Shown one piece after another: positions 9,669 through 18,470 of a DNA stretch of 57,086 bases. Origin of the DNA: Silvanigrellaceae bacterium. Its GTDB lineage: Bacteria > Bdellovibrionota_B > Oligoflexia > Silvanigrellales > Silvanigrellaceae. The translations under genes and the position numbers were made by a program. Within the stretch, counting starts at the first letter, position 1. Every line of letters starts with the position of its first letter. Under the pieces are notes generated by a model. That model saw only the letters and a list, made by a program, of their open reading frames with translations, did no database searches and had not been told where the DNA came from. The stretch is from positions 1 to 57,086 of the forward strand of contig JBIKVI010000001.1 of NCBI GenBank assembly GCA_044356935.1, given 5' to 3'.

Positions 9669-10798
9669 CCATTGGACTCTTCTCCCCGTGTTTTCGGCAA
9701 TCCTGCATTTCGCTCGAATCGACCCTGCGGGAAGCCATCGAGTGCCTCAACCGGTCGGGCCTTCTTGTGAGTTGCCTTGTCGACGGTGAGGGACGCCTGT
9801 GTGGCATCCTTACGGATTCCGACGTCAGACGCGCGATTCTGAATCAGGTGGAATTGTCGTCCGCGGCGGTCCTCGTCGCGAACCGTGCTCCTTTCGTCGC
9901 TTCATACGAAACAAATGCGGTTTCACTCGGCGAACTCGCGAAGGAATCGGGAAAACGCGAGCTCCCGCTGGTGGATGCGGACGGCATCCTCAAGGATATC
10001 TTCATCCTGGGGCTCGCGGAACAACGCGTTCTCGGCGATGTGGAGTATGGCCCGGCACCCGCCGGTCGCATGGCTACGCCGTTGAACGTCGACATGTTCA
10101 TTCTCGCTGGCGGGCTAGGAACGCGGCTTCGGCCCGTGGTTTCCGACCGACCAAAGCCGCTCGCCATCGTTGGTGAAAGGCCCATCATCGATCACCTGCT
10201 TCTTCAGGCGAGTCGATGCGGAGTCCGTCGGGCGTACGTGTCGCTGAATTACAAGGCAGATATGATTGAGAACCACCTCGGGTCCACCTCTTACGGCGAA
10301 CTCGAGGTCAAGACGATGCGGGAAAAAGAGCGATTGGGTACTGCCGGGTCCCTCCGCATGATGAGGCGAGAAACCAACCGCGATCTTCTTGTATGCAACG
10401 CGGATCTCCTCACGACGTTCGCATTCGACCGCGTGGTACACAAGCACGAGAAGTCGGGAGCCGACATCACCGCGGTCGTCCGCACGCACGTTCATTCGGT
10501 TCCCTATGGGGTCGTCGATGTCGACGGTGAGCGGATCGTGGGCATGCGCGAGAAGCCTGAGGTTTCGTTCCTCATCAATGCCGGCATCTACGTGGTGAAG
10601 CATTCCGTGCTCGACCATATCGCCGACGGTGAATCGATCGACATGCCCGATCTCATTCGGAGGGTGCTCGAATCGGGTGGCTCCATCAAGCCTTTCCCAA
10701 TGCATGAATTCTGGCTCGACGTTGGAAAACCGGAGGACTTCCTGAAGGCGAATGAGGAAATCGCGACGTTGTTCGATCGCGAAGCGGGCGTGCGATGA
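9665..10798 (+). CDS. ptmE: CBS-domain sugar-1-phosphate nucleotidyltransferase (PtmE/LgaF-type)
   Basis: N-terminal CBS pair (GILTDSDVRRAIL, PLVDADGILKDIFIL) followed by FILAGGLGTRLRPVVSDRPKPLA. ATGA overlap upstream. Confidence 0.8.
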   Translation: MTIGLFSPCFRQSCISLESTLREAIECLNRSGLLVSCLVDGEGRLCGILTDSDVRRAILNQVELSSAAVLVANRAPFVASYETNAVSLGELAKESGKRELPLVDADGILKDIFILGLAEQRVLGDVEYGPAPAGRMATPLNVDMFILAGGLGTRLRPVVSDRPKPLAIVGERPIIDHLLLQASRCGVRRAYVSLNYKADMIENHLGSTSYGELEVKTMREKERLGTAGSLRMMRRETNRDLLVCNADLLTTFAFDRVVHKHEKSGADITAVVRTHVHSVPYGVVDVDGERIVGMREKPEVSFLINAGIYVVKHSVLDHIADGESIDMPDLIRRVLESGGSIKPFPMHEFWLDVGKPEDFLKANEEIATLFDREAGVR

Positions 10799-10822
10799 CA
10801 GGAAGTTTGCTGCGAGGTTTCC

Positions 10823-11515
10823 ATGTTCAAAGGTGAAACCGTTTACGCCGTCATCCCTGCCAGGGGCGGATCCAAGCGCTTTCCCGGAAAGAACCTGTTC
10901 CCCTTGGACGGGAAACCGATGATTGCCTGGACGCTGGAAGCGGCTCGGGGATCTATGCATGTGGACGTCATCCATGTATCGACCGACTCTCCGGAAATCG
11001 CCGATGCCTGCCGAGCCGAAGGCGTGCCGGTCGAACACCTTCGACCCTCAATCCTTGCTGAAGATCAAACACCCACTGTGGACGTCGTTCGCGCAGTCCT
11101 TGGAGGCATTCGATGCACGGGCTGGGTCGTGCTCCTTCAGCCAACGTCACCCTTGCGGATCGGGAAGGATATCGATGCCGCTTTCGACGTGCTCTTGAGC
11201 GCGCGGGGCGAGCGGCTCGTGAGTGTCTCACGCGTCAAGAAGATCAACCCGAACTGGCTTCACTCCGAGAGCGAGCACGGGACGCTCGAACGGTTGCTTC
11301 CTGAAGTTGACCATCGAGAAATAGTCGTCCCAAACGGAGCGATCTACATCGCGCGATGCGAGGATGTTCTCGCCGCCTACGATTTCTCGGCCAGTGGAGC
11401 GATCCCGTTCTTTATGCCTGAAACTTCCGCCATCGACGTCGATACGGTCGAAGACATGGCCACGGCCGCAAGGCTCCTGACATACCGCCGTCTTGAGAAA
11501 GGACGATCTTCATGA
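10823..11515 (+). CDS. legF: CMP-nonulosonic acid synthetase (acylneuraminate cytidylyltransferase family, LegF/NeuA-type)
   Basis: AVIPARGGSKRFPGKNL motif. 230 aa. Confidence 0.85.
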   Translation: MFKGETVYAVIPARGGSKRFPGKNLFPLDGKPMIAWTLEAARGSMHVDVIHVSTDSPEIADACRAEGVPVEHLRPSILAEDQTPTVDVVRAVLGGIRCTGWVVLLQPTSPLRIGKDIDAAFDVLLSARGERLVSVSRVKKINPNWLHSESEHGTLERLLPEVDHREIVVPNGAIYIARCEDVLAAYDFSASGAIPFFMPETSAIDVDTVEDMATAARLLTYRRLEKGRSS

Positions 11516-12366
11516 AGTCCACGCGAGTTATTGCGAGACTCGACGTCAAAGGACCGAACCTCGTCAAAGGAATCCATCTCGAGGGGCTCCGTGTCATCGG
11601 CGACCCGCGAGCGTTCGCACGCCACTATTACGAGTCCGGCATCGACGAGATCCTCTATCAGGACGTCGTCGCGAGTCTTTACGATCGCAACGGGCTCGCG
11701 GATCTCGTATCGGCGGCGGCCCGGGATGCCTTCGTGCCCATCACGGTCGGGGGTGGCCTGCGCACGGTCGACGACATCCGTACCATGCTCCGAGCTGGCG
11801 CCGACAAGGTTTCTCTGAATTCGGCGGCGCTCAAGAATCCGGAAATCATATGTGAAGGGGCACGCGCCTTCGGTTCGTCGACCATCGTCGTGGCCATCGA
11901 ATGCGTTCGCCATCCCGACGGAACTTACCAAGCCTACTACGACAACGGCCGCGAGGCTTCCGGCAAAGAGGTCCTTTCCTGGGCGCGCCAGGTGGAATCC
12001 TTGGGAGCGGGCGAAGTTCTCATCACGAGCGTCGATCGCGATGGCACAGGACGCGGTGTCGATCTCGATCTCATCGGGATGGTGAGCCGGAGCCTGGCGA
12101 TACCTGTGATCGCGCATGGCGGAGTGGGCAATGCGGAACACGCCGTCGATGCGGTCACGGTGGGGAGTGCGGATGCGATCGCGGTCGCGAGTGTCTTCCA
12201 CTACGAAGCCGTGCATCGTATCGGGGGGCAGGAGGCCACGAACGCCGAAGGCAATCGTGAGTTCGTCAAGAGCGGACGGGGCATGTCGCAAATCGAAAGC
12301 ACGGGCGTCGCGGCGCTCAAGCGCGCCATGGCTGCGCGGGGCGTCCACGTGCGGCCCGCTCAATGA
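11512..12366 (+). CDS. hisF: HisF-like imidazole glycerol phosphate synthase cyclase subunit paralog (WbuZ-type)
   Basis: RVIARLDVKGPNLVKGIHLEG and ITSVDRDGTGRGVDLDLI. Sits in a glycan locus rather than a his operon. ATGA overlap upstream. Confidence 0.9.
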   Translation: MKSTRVIARLDVKGPNLVKGIHLEGLRVIGDPRAFARHYYESGIDEILYQDVVASLYDRNGLADLVSAAARDAFVPITVGGGLRTVDDIRTMLRAGADKVSLNSAALKNPEIICEGARAFGSSTIVVAIECVRHPDGTYQAYYDNGREASGKEVLSWARQVESLGAGEVLITSVDRDGTGRGVDLDLIGMVSRSLAIPVIAHGGVGNAEHAVDAVTVGSADAIAVASVFHYEAVHRIGGQEATNAEGNREFVKSGRGMSQIESTGVAALKRAMAARGVHVRPAQ

Positions 12367-12376
12367 GGGAAGAAAC

Positions 12377-13084
12377 GTGACCGTGAAGAGCATTGGTATC
12401 GTTGATTACGGGCTAGGCAATCTTTTCAGCGTCCGCAACACGTGCGAAACCGTCGGCGCCCGGGTTGAGTTCGTGACGCGCCCGGAGGAACTCGGACGCT
12501 ATCATGGGCTGATTCTGCCTGGAGTCGGCGCCTTCGGCGACGCGGCCGCGCGACTGCAGTCGAACGGGATGTGGGATGGACTGGAGGAACGTATCCGTTC
12601 GGGAGTGCCGTTCCTGGGAATCTGCCTTGGAATGCAGCTGCTCTTCGAGAAGAGCGAAGAGTTCGGCAGGCATGAAGGTCTGGGCGTCTTCCAAGGCACC
12701 GTGACGCATTTCCGATCGCTATATCCAGGACTCCCCAAGGTGCCGGAGGTCGGATGGAATACTGTGGAAGCCCTTGATCGCGACCACTGGGAAGACAAGC
12801 GACTCGCCACGGCGCTTCACGATCGTTACTTCTACTTCGTGCACTCCTTCGTGGTGAGGGTCCCTTCACCCGTTCCAGCGGGAATCTGCGCGGCAGCCAC
12901 CCGATACGAAGACGTTACCTTCCTCTCCGCTGTCGCGAAAGACAACGTCCTGGCTGTTCAGTTCCATCCGGAACGAAGCGGCCCCGATGGCTTGGCGCTC
13001 CTCTCGTCCTGGGTCGACGGTGCGACCTGCCCGAGGGGGGGAGTTCGACCCGCACACGAAAACCTGACGGTCTCGCCCAGGTGA
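12377..13084 (+). CDS. hisH: HisH-like glutamine amidotransferase subunit paralog (WbuY-type)
   Basis: IGIVDYGLGNLFSVRN, LPGVGAFGDA, catalytic Cys in FLGICLGMQLLF, VQFHPERSG. GTG 12377 follows GAGGGAAG. Confidence 0.9.
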   Translation: MTVKSIGIVDYGLGNLFSVRNTCETVGARVEFVTRPEELGRYHGLILPGVGAFGDAAARLQSNGMWDGLEERIRSGVPFLGICLGMQLLFEKSEEFGRHEGLGVFQGTVTHFRSLYPGLPKVPEVGWNTVEALDRDHWEDKRLATALHDRYFYFVHSFVVRVPSPVPAGICAAATRYEDVTFLSAVAKDNVLAVQFHPERSGPDGLALLSSWVDGATCPRGGVRPAHENLTVSPR

Positions 13085-13114
13085 TGACCCGTCCCAATTG
13101 GAATCGAGAAACAC

Positions 13115-14335
13115 ATGACCTTCCAGACCAAGTATGGGCTTCCCGAGCACGTGACCTTCTGCGCGCGCTGCGTGATGTCGAACCAAAGACCGGCGTCGGC
13201 AGTGGAGTTCAAGCATACGAAAGAATCCAAGAAGACGACCCTCGCCATCGATGGCGAAGGGGTATGCGATGCTTGTCGCAACGCCGAGGAGAAAGAGCGG
13301 ATCAACTGGGTGGGACGCGAAGAGGAACTTCTGTGCCTCTTGGACAAATACCGTAAGAGCGACGGCTCGTACGACTGCATCGTCCCCGGAAGCGGCGGCA
13401 AGGACTCCGCCTACCAGGCGCACGTCCTCAAGTACAAGTATGGAATGAACCCTCTGACGGTCACGTGGCCGCCGATCCTCTACACGGAGTACGGCTACCG
13501 GAACTGGAAGAACTGGATCGACGTCGGCGGTTTTGATAATCTGTCGTTCACCCGCAACGGGCGCGTCATGAAGCTCCTTACGCGCCTCGCGATTGAGAAT
13601 CTGCTCCACCCCTTCCAGACGTTCATTCTCGGCCAGAAGAACTTCGGTCCCAAGCTGGCCGCCAAGTTTGGCATTCCTCTGGTGTTCTATGGCGAGAACG
13701 AGGCCGAGTACGGCAATCCCATCGCGGAGAACCAGTCGTCGCTGCGGGACAAAGCCTACTTCACGGCGAACAATTTCGACGAACTCTATCTCGCGGGCGT
13801 CACAGTCAAGGAACTCATGGAGCGCCACGACGTGCGCGCATCCGACCTTCTCGCCTTCCTCCCCGCGACCGCGGATGCTCTCCAGGGGCGCGAAGTGGAA
13901 GTCCACTACCTTGGTTACTACCTCAAATGGACGCCACAGGAGGTCTACTACTACGCCGTGGAAAACACCGGTTTCCAGGCACGGCCGTTCCGCACGCAGG
14001 GAACATACAGCAAGTACAACTCCATCGACGACAAGATCGACGACCTCCACTACTACACGACCCACATGAAGTTCGGCATCGGCCGTGCCACGTACGACGC
14101 CTCCCAGGAGATCCGCAACAAGCACATCACCCGCGAAGAAGGCGTGGCGCTCGTGAAGAAGTACGATGGGGAGTTTCCCGACCGGTATTTCAACGAGATC
14201 ATGGAATACATCGGGATGCGTCCGGAACGATTCCACGAGCTGTGCGACGCGGCTCGTTCCGAGCACCTTTGGTCGAAGGTCGACGGGGAATGGCGCCTTC
14301 GCCATACCGTGGCTGGCACCGGTTGCGACGACTGA
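13115..14335 (+). CDS. N-acetyl sugar amidotransferase (PP-loop ATPase; WbuX/WbpG/PseA-like)
   Basis: PP-loop VPGSGGKDSAYQAH. 406 aa. Immediately follows the hisF/hisH paralogs, as in known acetamidino-sugar loci. Confidence 0.85.
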   Translation: MTFQTKYGLPEHVTFCARCVMSNQRPASAVEFKHTKESKKTTLAIDGEGVCDACRNAEEKERINWVGREEELLCLLDKYRKSDGSYDCIVPGSGGKDSAYQAHVLKYKYGMNPLTVTWPPILYTEYGYRNWKNWIDVGGFDNLSFTRNGRVMKLLTRLAIENLLHPFQTFILGQKNFGPKLAAKFGIPLVFYGENEAEYGNPIAENQSSLRDKAYFTANNFDELYLAGVTVKELMERHDVRASDLLAFLPATADALQGREVEVHYLGYYLKWTPQEVYYYAVENTGFQARPFRTQGTYSKYNSIDDKIDDLHYYTTHMKFGIGRATYDASQEIRNKHITREEGVALVKKYDGEFPDRYFNEIMEYIGMRPERFHELCDAARSEHLWSKVDGEWRLRHTVAGTGCDD

Positions 14336-14342
14336 AGGCGCC

Positions 14343-16445
14343 ATGGTGAGAATGAATTCGAAAATGAAAGGCTTGAACCCGCATGCCAATCTTGCAGGCT
14401 ACAGAGCCGACATCGACGGCCTGAGAGCCATCGCGGTGGTGAGCGTCGTCCTGTTCCACGCCTTCCCTCGCGCTCTTCCGGGAGGATTCGTCGGGGTCGA
14501 CATTTTCTTTGTGATCTCCGGATTCCTCATCACTCGAATCATTCTAGGAGAGGTCGGCAAAGGTTCATTCTCGCTTTACGACTTCTACGCGCGCCGCTTC
14601 CGAAGAATTCTACCCGCGCTTCTCGTGGTCGTGGCGGGCTGCATCGCGATTGGATACGCGACTCTGCTCAGCTTCGAATTCGATGAGTTGGCTCTCCAGG
14701 CGATCGCGGGACTCGGTTTCGCGTCGAACTTCTACTACTGGCGGAACTCCGGTTACTTCGATCCCGTTGCAGAACTTCAACCCCTCCTGCATCTCTGGTC
14801 GCTGAGCCTGGAGGAGCAGTTTTACATCTTCTGGCCACTTCTGCTCTTGTTCATTCGCAGGTGGGGCAAGTACCGCCTGCCCTGCATTCTCCTCCTGGCG
14901 GGCGTCTCCTTCGCAGCGCAACTTTTTTTCGTTAAAAACTGGGCGACGGCAACCTTCTTTCTGCTGCCGACCCGCTTTTGGGAATTGGCGGCAGGAGGTG
15001 TCGTCGCATTCATCGCGGTCGAGGCGAATGACCCGAACGACACCTTCCACCGAATGAGTTTGTATCGCGCCTTGGGCAAGCACGCGAAACTGGCGAAGGA
15101 AGGTTTGTTGAGTCTTGGGGTGCTGCTGTTGGTGGCTGCACTCGTATTCGTCCGACCGGAAGGATTTCCCGGTTTCCAGGCTTTGCTTCCCGTCATGGGC
15201 ACCGCACTCGTCATCGCAAATGGGTCGGAGTCCCGAGTCGCCCGCATTCTTTTGGAGCGAAATTTCCTGATCTCCATCGGATTGATCAGTTATCCGCTGT
15301 ACCTGTGGCATTGGCCGCTCCTGTCCTTCGCGCGGATCTACGAACAAGGCATGCCGTCCGCAGGAGTCAGGGCCTGCATCGTGCTCCTCTCGTTCGTCGC
15401 TGCCGTACTGACCTGGAAGTTCGTCGAGAAGCCGTTCGCATCCGTTCGGTTCGGTCGCACCGCGGGGCTGATTCCGTCGTCACGGTTCGTGCATGTTTCC
15501 TTGGCCGGTTTGGCTGGCTTCATTGCGGTTCTTGTTCCCATTCCGGTCGGAGCCGGCCTCCCGAACAGGTTTCCTCACCACGAATCTCTCCGCGAGCAGC
15601 TGAAGTGGGTGGAGTCGTCGAATGGTTGCCGATCCGATGGTTCCATGATGCCTGCCGATGTCGACTGCCAGTCGGAGAATCCCGCGGGGGCGAACATCCT
15701 TCTGTGGGGTGACAGCCATGCCGCGCACCTCTTCCCCGGACTGCGCGATGCGGTCGACGATGAATGGAACTGGTCTTTCATGGGTCACAGCGCCCCCCTG
15801 ATCGGAGTCGACCATTGGGTGGCCGGGGAACCCGAAGGACGACGCTCGGGCCTGAACAAGCTGATCCTGGAGGAAGTCACCACGATGGACCACGTCGGAA
15901 CCGTGGTCCTGGCGTCCCGGGGGCCCTTCTATTACGCCGAGAAACCGCTCTCGGAGCACGACCGACAGAACATCTGGCGATATCGGAGAGCCGACGAGCT
16001 CACCCATCTCGAACCGCTCGATGGGTTCAAGCGCGGATACGGAAACACGATTGATTCACTGACCCGCCTCGGCAAACGCGTCGTCGTTTTCCTCGATGTG
16101 CCCGAACTGAATTTTCTACCCGAGAGCTGCTTGGGAATTCGGCCTTTCCAGATCCTCGCCAAACCGAGGTCGCCTTGCATGATGCCGGTTTCCCAGCTCC
16201 GGGAGCGCAATGAGACGTACCGGGAGGTGTTCAAGGCGCTGCGCGATGAGTATTCCGAAGCGCTTTTTTTCGATCCGACGCCGCACTTCTGCGATGTCGA
16301 AAGTTGCACGGTCATGATCGACGACAAGCTCCTTTACCGCGACGACGACCATCTTTCGTACGTGGGAAGCGCATACATCGCCGAAAAATTCACACGGTGG
16401 CTGACCGAGAACTCAGCCGAGTTGAACGCGAGGACTTCCAATTGA
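14343..16445 (+). CDS. Acyltransferase-3 (OafA/OatA-like) membrane O-acyltransferase with C-terminal SGNH-like domain, copy 1
   Basis: YRADIDGLRAIAVVSVVLFHAF, VDIFFVISGFLIT, LHLWSLSLEEQFY, followed by a soluble ~300-aa C-terminal domain (WGDSHA). In-frame ATG 14343 lies just after the upstream stop. Confidence 0.85.
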   Translation: MVRMNSKMKGLNPHANLAGYRADIDGLRAIAVVSVVLFHAFPRALPGGFVGVDIFFVISGFLITRIILGEVGKGSFSLYDFYARRFRRILPALLVVVAGCIAIGYATLLSFEFDELALQAIAGLGFASNFYYWRNSGYFDPVAELQPLLHLWSLSLEEQFYIFWPLLLLFIRRWGKYRLPCILLLAGVSFAAQLFFVKNWATATFFLLPTRFWELAAGGVVAFIAVEANDPNDTFHRMSLYRALGKHAKLAKEGLLSLGVLLLVAALVFVRPEGFPGFQALLPVMGTALVIANGSESRVARILLERNFLISIGLISYPLYLWHWPLLSFARIYEQGMPSAGVRACIVLLSFVAAVLTWKFVEKPFASVRFGRTAGLIPSSRFVHVSLAGLAGFIAVLVPIPVGAGLPNRFPHHESLREQLKWVESSNGCRSDGSMMPADVDCQSENPAGANILLWGDSHAAHLFPGLRDAVDDEWNWSFMGHSAPLIGVDHWVAGEPEGRRSGLNKLILEEVTTMDHVGTVVLASRGPFYYAEKPLSEHDRQNIWRYRRADELTHLEPLDGFKRGYGNTIDSLTRLGKRVVVFLDVPELNFLPESCLGIRPFQILAKPRSPCMMPVSQLRERNETYREVFKALRDEYSEALFFDPTPHFCDVESCTVMIDDKLLYRDDDHLSYVGSAYIAEKFTRWLTENSAELNARTSN

Positions 16446-18436
16446 AGTATCGGGCCGAAGTTGACGGACTGCGGGCATTCTCCGTTTTGTCCGTGTCCGT
16501 CTACCACGCGTTTCCCTCTGTCCTGAAGGGGGGCTTCATCGGTGTGGACGTGTTCTTCGTCATCAGCGGGTTCCTCATTTCCCGGATCCTCTTCGAGAGC
16601 CTCGAAAAAGGAACTCTGAGCATAACGAACTTCTATGTGCGCCGCGTCAAGCGCATCTTTCCCGCGCTCATCGCCGTCATGGCGGCCACGTTGATTTTCG
16701 GCTGGTTCCTGCTGCTGCCGGACGAGTACGCCCAACTCGGCAAACACATCGCGAGCGGCGCGGGGTTCGTTTCGAATTTCGTCCTTCTCGGGGAGTCGGG
16801 ATATTTCGACAACGCAGGCGACACCAAACCATTCCTGCACCTCTGGAGCCTCGCGATCGAAGAGCAGTTCTACCTGGTGTGGCCACTTCTCCTGTGGGTC
16901 TGCTACCGATTGAAGTGGAGTTTCATCGGCCTCATCGCCCTGGCGGCCGGACTTTCCTTCGCCCTGAACGCCTACTTCATACGCTCGATTCCCGCCGAGA
17001 CATTCTATTGGCCCATGACGCGCTTCTGGGAAATTCTTTGCGGCGGAGCATTGGCCTGGTGGGTGAGCTATGGACGAGAGGCCCTTTTGAAGGGCGAGCG
17101 TTCAACCGGCGCAAAGGCTCTCGCGCGATCACTCTTCGAAAGGATAGATTCGACGCGATTCCCATGGGTCGCTGATGTCATGTCTGGAGTGGGCCTGGCA
17201 CTTTTGGTTGCGGGAGTCTTCACGGTTCCAAGCGGGCCCCGTTTCCCAGGGTTTCTTGCCCTAGTCCCGGTCTCCGGAGCTCTTCTCGTCATCGCCGCCG
17301 GCAGGGAATCATTCCTCAATCGCCTCCTTCTGATGAACCGGCCCGCGGTCTGGATTGGCCTCATCAGCTACCCACTTTACCTTTGGCACTGGCCAATCCT
17401 CTCGTTCCTTCACATCGTGGAAGGGGGAACCCCCTCGGCAACGACGCGAGTCCTGGGGCTTTGCAGCTCATTCCTCCTGGCCTGGCTCACCTATGAGTTC
17501 CTGGAAAAGAGGCTTCGTCATCACGCCACGATGACAACCCCGGCGATTCTTGCGGGCGCGGTGTGCGGGCTTGCCGCGTGCGGGCTCTTGATCTGGACGA
17601 AGTCGGGGCTTCCGGCGAGGGCACACGTCGCGAACGTTCCGAACCTCGATGCGCAGGTGGCTCAGTTCGAAGGTCCCATGTGGAAGTATTCCCGCAACGA
17701 AGCTTGCCTGAACGACCACGATTTCCCCGGACACGAGAACTTGAAATGGTGGTTCTGCGTCAAGAGCGCGCCACGTCCACCCACCGTCATCCTGATGGGG
17801 AACAGTTTCGCCAATCACCTGTACCCGGGCTTCGTCCATCAGCCCGAGTTGAGCGGCGAAACGTTCCTGCACCTCGGCACGTGTCAGTTCGGAGGCGGCG
17901 AATACACGGACCCGTCGCACCCGTGTTTCGGAGAGCGACAGACAGCGCAGCGTGAGTTCATCAAGGGCCTCATCGAGCGCGAGAAGAACCTGAAAGCGGC
18001 CATTGTTTCGGGACTCGGAGATGAACCCGGCGCGGCCGAGATCACCGCCATCCTGCGCGAGGTGGCATGGCTCGAAGACAGGAACGTCAGGCCCATCGTC
18101 TTTCTGCCCCACCTGAAGATTTCGGTCGAGCCTCGGAATTGCATCGCTAGGCCTTTCAAGAGCATCTCGAAGTTCTGTTTCTTCGAAAGAACCGAGACGG
18201 AGAAACTCAGGCGTGGCCTCGAGCCATTGGTGACCGCCCTCGGAAGGGAGCGGCCGAATGCCCTGGTCTACGACCCGAACGAGAGCTACTGCGGCGACGG
18301 CGCGTGCAGTTTCCTTCATGGCGGCATGCCCCTCCAAAGAGACACGGGTCACCTCTCCGAGTACGGCTCCCAGGTTTTCGCGCGGGACTTTCCGAAGTGG
18401 TGCAGGAATAGGCCGGGCGGCCTTTGCCCTCTCTGA
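16442..18436 (+). CDS. Acyltransferase-3 (OafA/OatA-like) membrane O-acyltransferase with C-terminal SGNH-like domain, copy 2
   Basis: YRAEVDGLRAFSVLSVSVYHAF, VDVFFVISGFLIS, LHLWSLAIEEQFY, C-terminal MGNSFANH. Likely TTG start at 16442 (TTGA overlap). The ORF is open from 16304. Confidence 0.8.
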   Translation: MKYRAEVDGLRAFSVLSVSVYHAFPSVLKGGFIGVDVFFVISGFLISRILFESLEKGTLSITNFYVRRVKRIFPALIAVMAATLIFGWFLLLPDEYAQLGKHIASGAGFVSNFVLLGESGYFDNAGDTKPFLHLWSLAIEEQFYLVWPLLLWVCYRLKWSFIGLIALAAGLSFALNAYFIRSIPAETFYWPMTRFWEILCGGALAWWVSYGREALLKGERSTGAKALARSLFERIDSTRFPWVADVMSGVGLALLVAGVFTVPSGPRFPGFLALVPVSGALLVIAAGRESFLNRLLLMNRPAVWIGLISYPLYLWHWPILSFLHIVEGGTPSATTRVLGLCSSFLLAWLTYEFLEKRLRHHATMTTPAILAGAVCGLAACGLLIWTKSGLPARAHVANVPNLDAQVAQFEGPMWKYSRNEACLNDHDFPGHENLKWWFCVKSAPRPPTVILMGNSFANHLYPGFVHQPELSGETFLHLGTCQFGGGEYTDPSHPCFGERQTAQREFIKGLIEREKNLKAAIVSGLGDEPGAAEITAILREVAWLEDRNVRPIVFLPHLKISVEPRNCIARPFKSISKFCFFERTETEKLRRGLEPLVTALGRERPNALVYDPNESYCGDGACSFLHGGMPLQRDTGHLSEYGSQVFARDFPKWCRNRPGGLCPL

Positions 18437-18470
18437 ACACGACCCCGCCATTCGACTGGAGTCACAGGCC

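Noticed and set aside
10115-11038. 307-aa minus-strand ORF, and similar ones at 11377-12393, 17468-18502, 30811-31755, 32722-33663 and 54606-55469
   Set aside because: All are antisense or alternative-frame to genes with strong family motifs. None has a recognisable motif and all have shadow-ORF composition.
12866-14389. 507-aa ORF on the minus strand
   Set aside because: It is entirely antisense to the well-supported hisH-like and PP-loop amidotransferase genes. Its composition is Val/Arg/Gly/Asp-rich shadow-like with no motifs. This is typical of GC-rich antisense ORFs.
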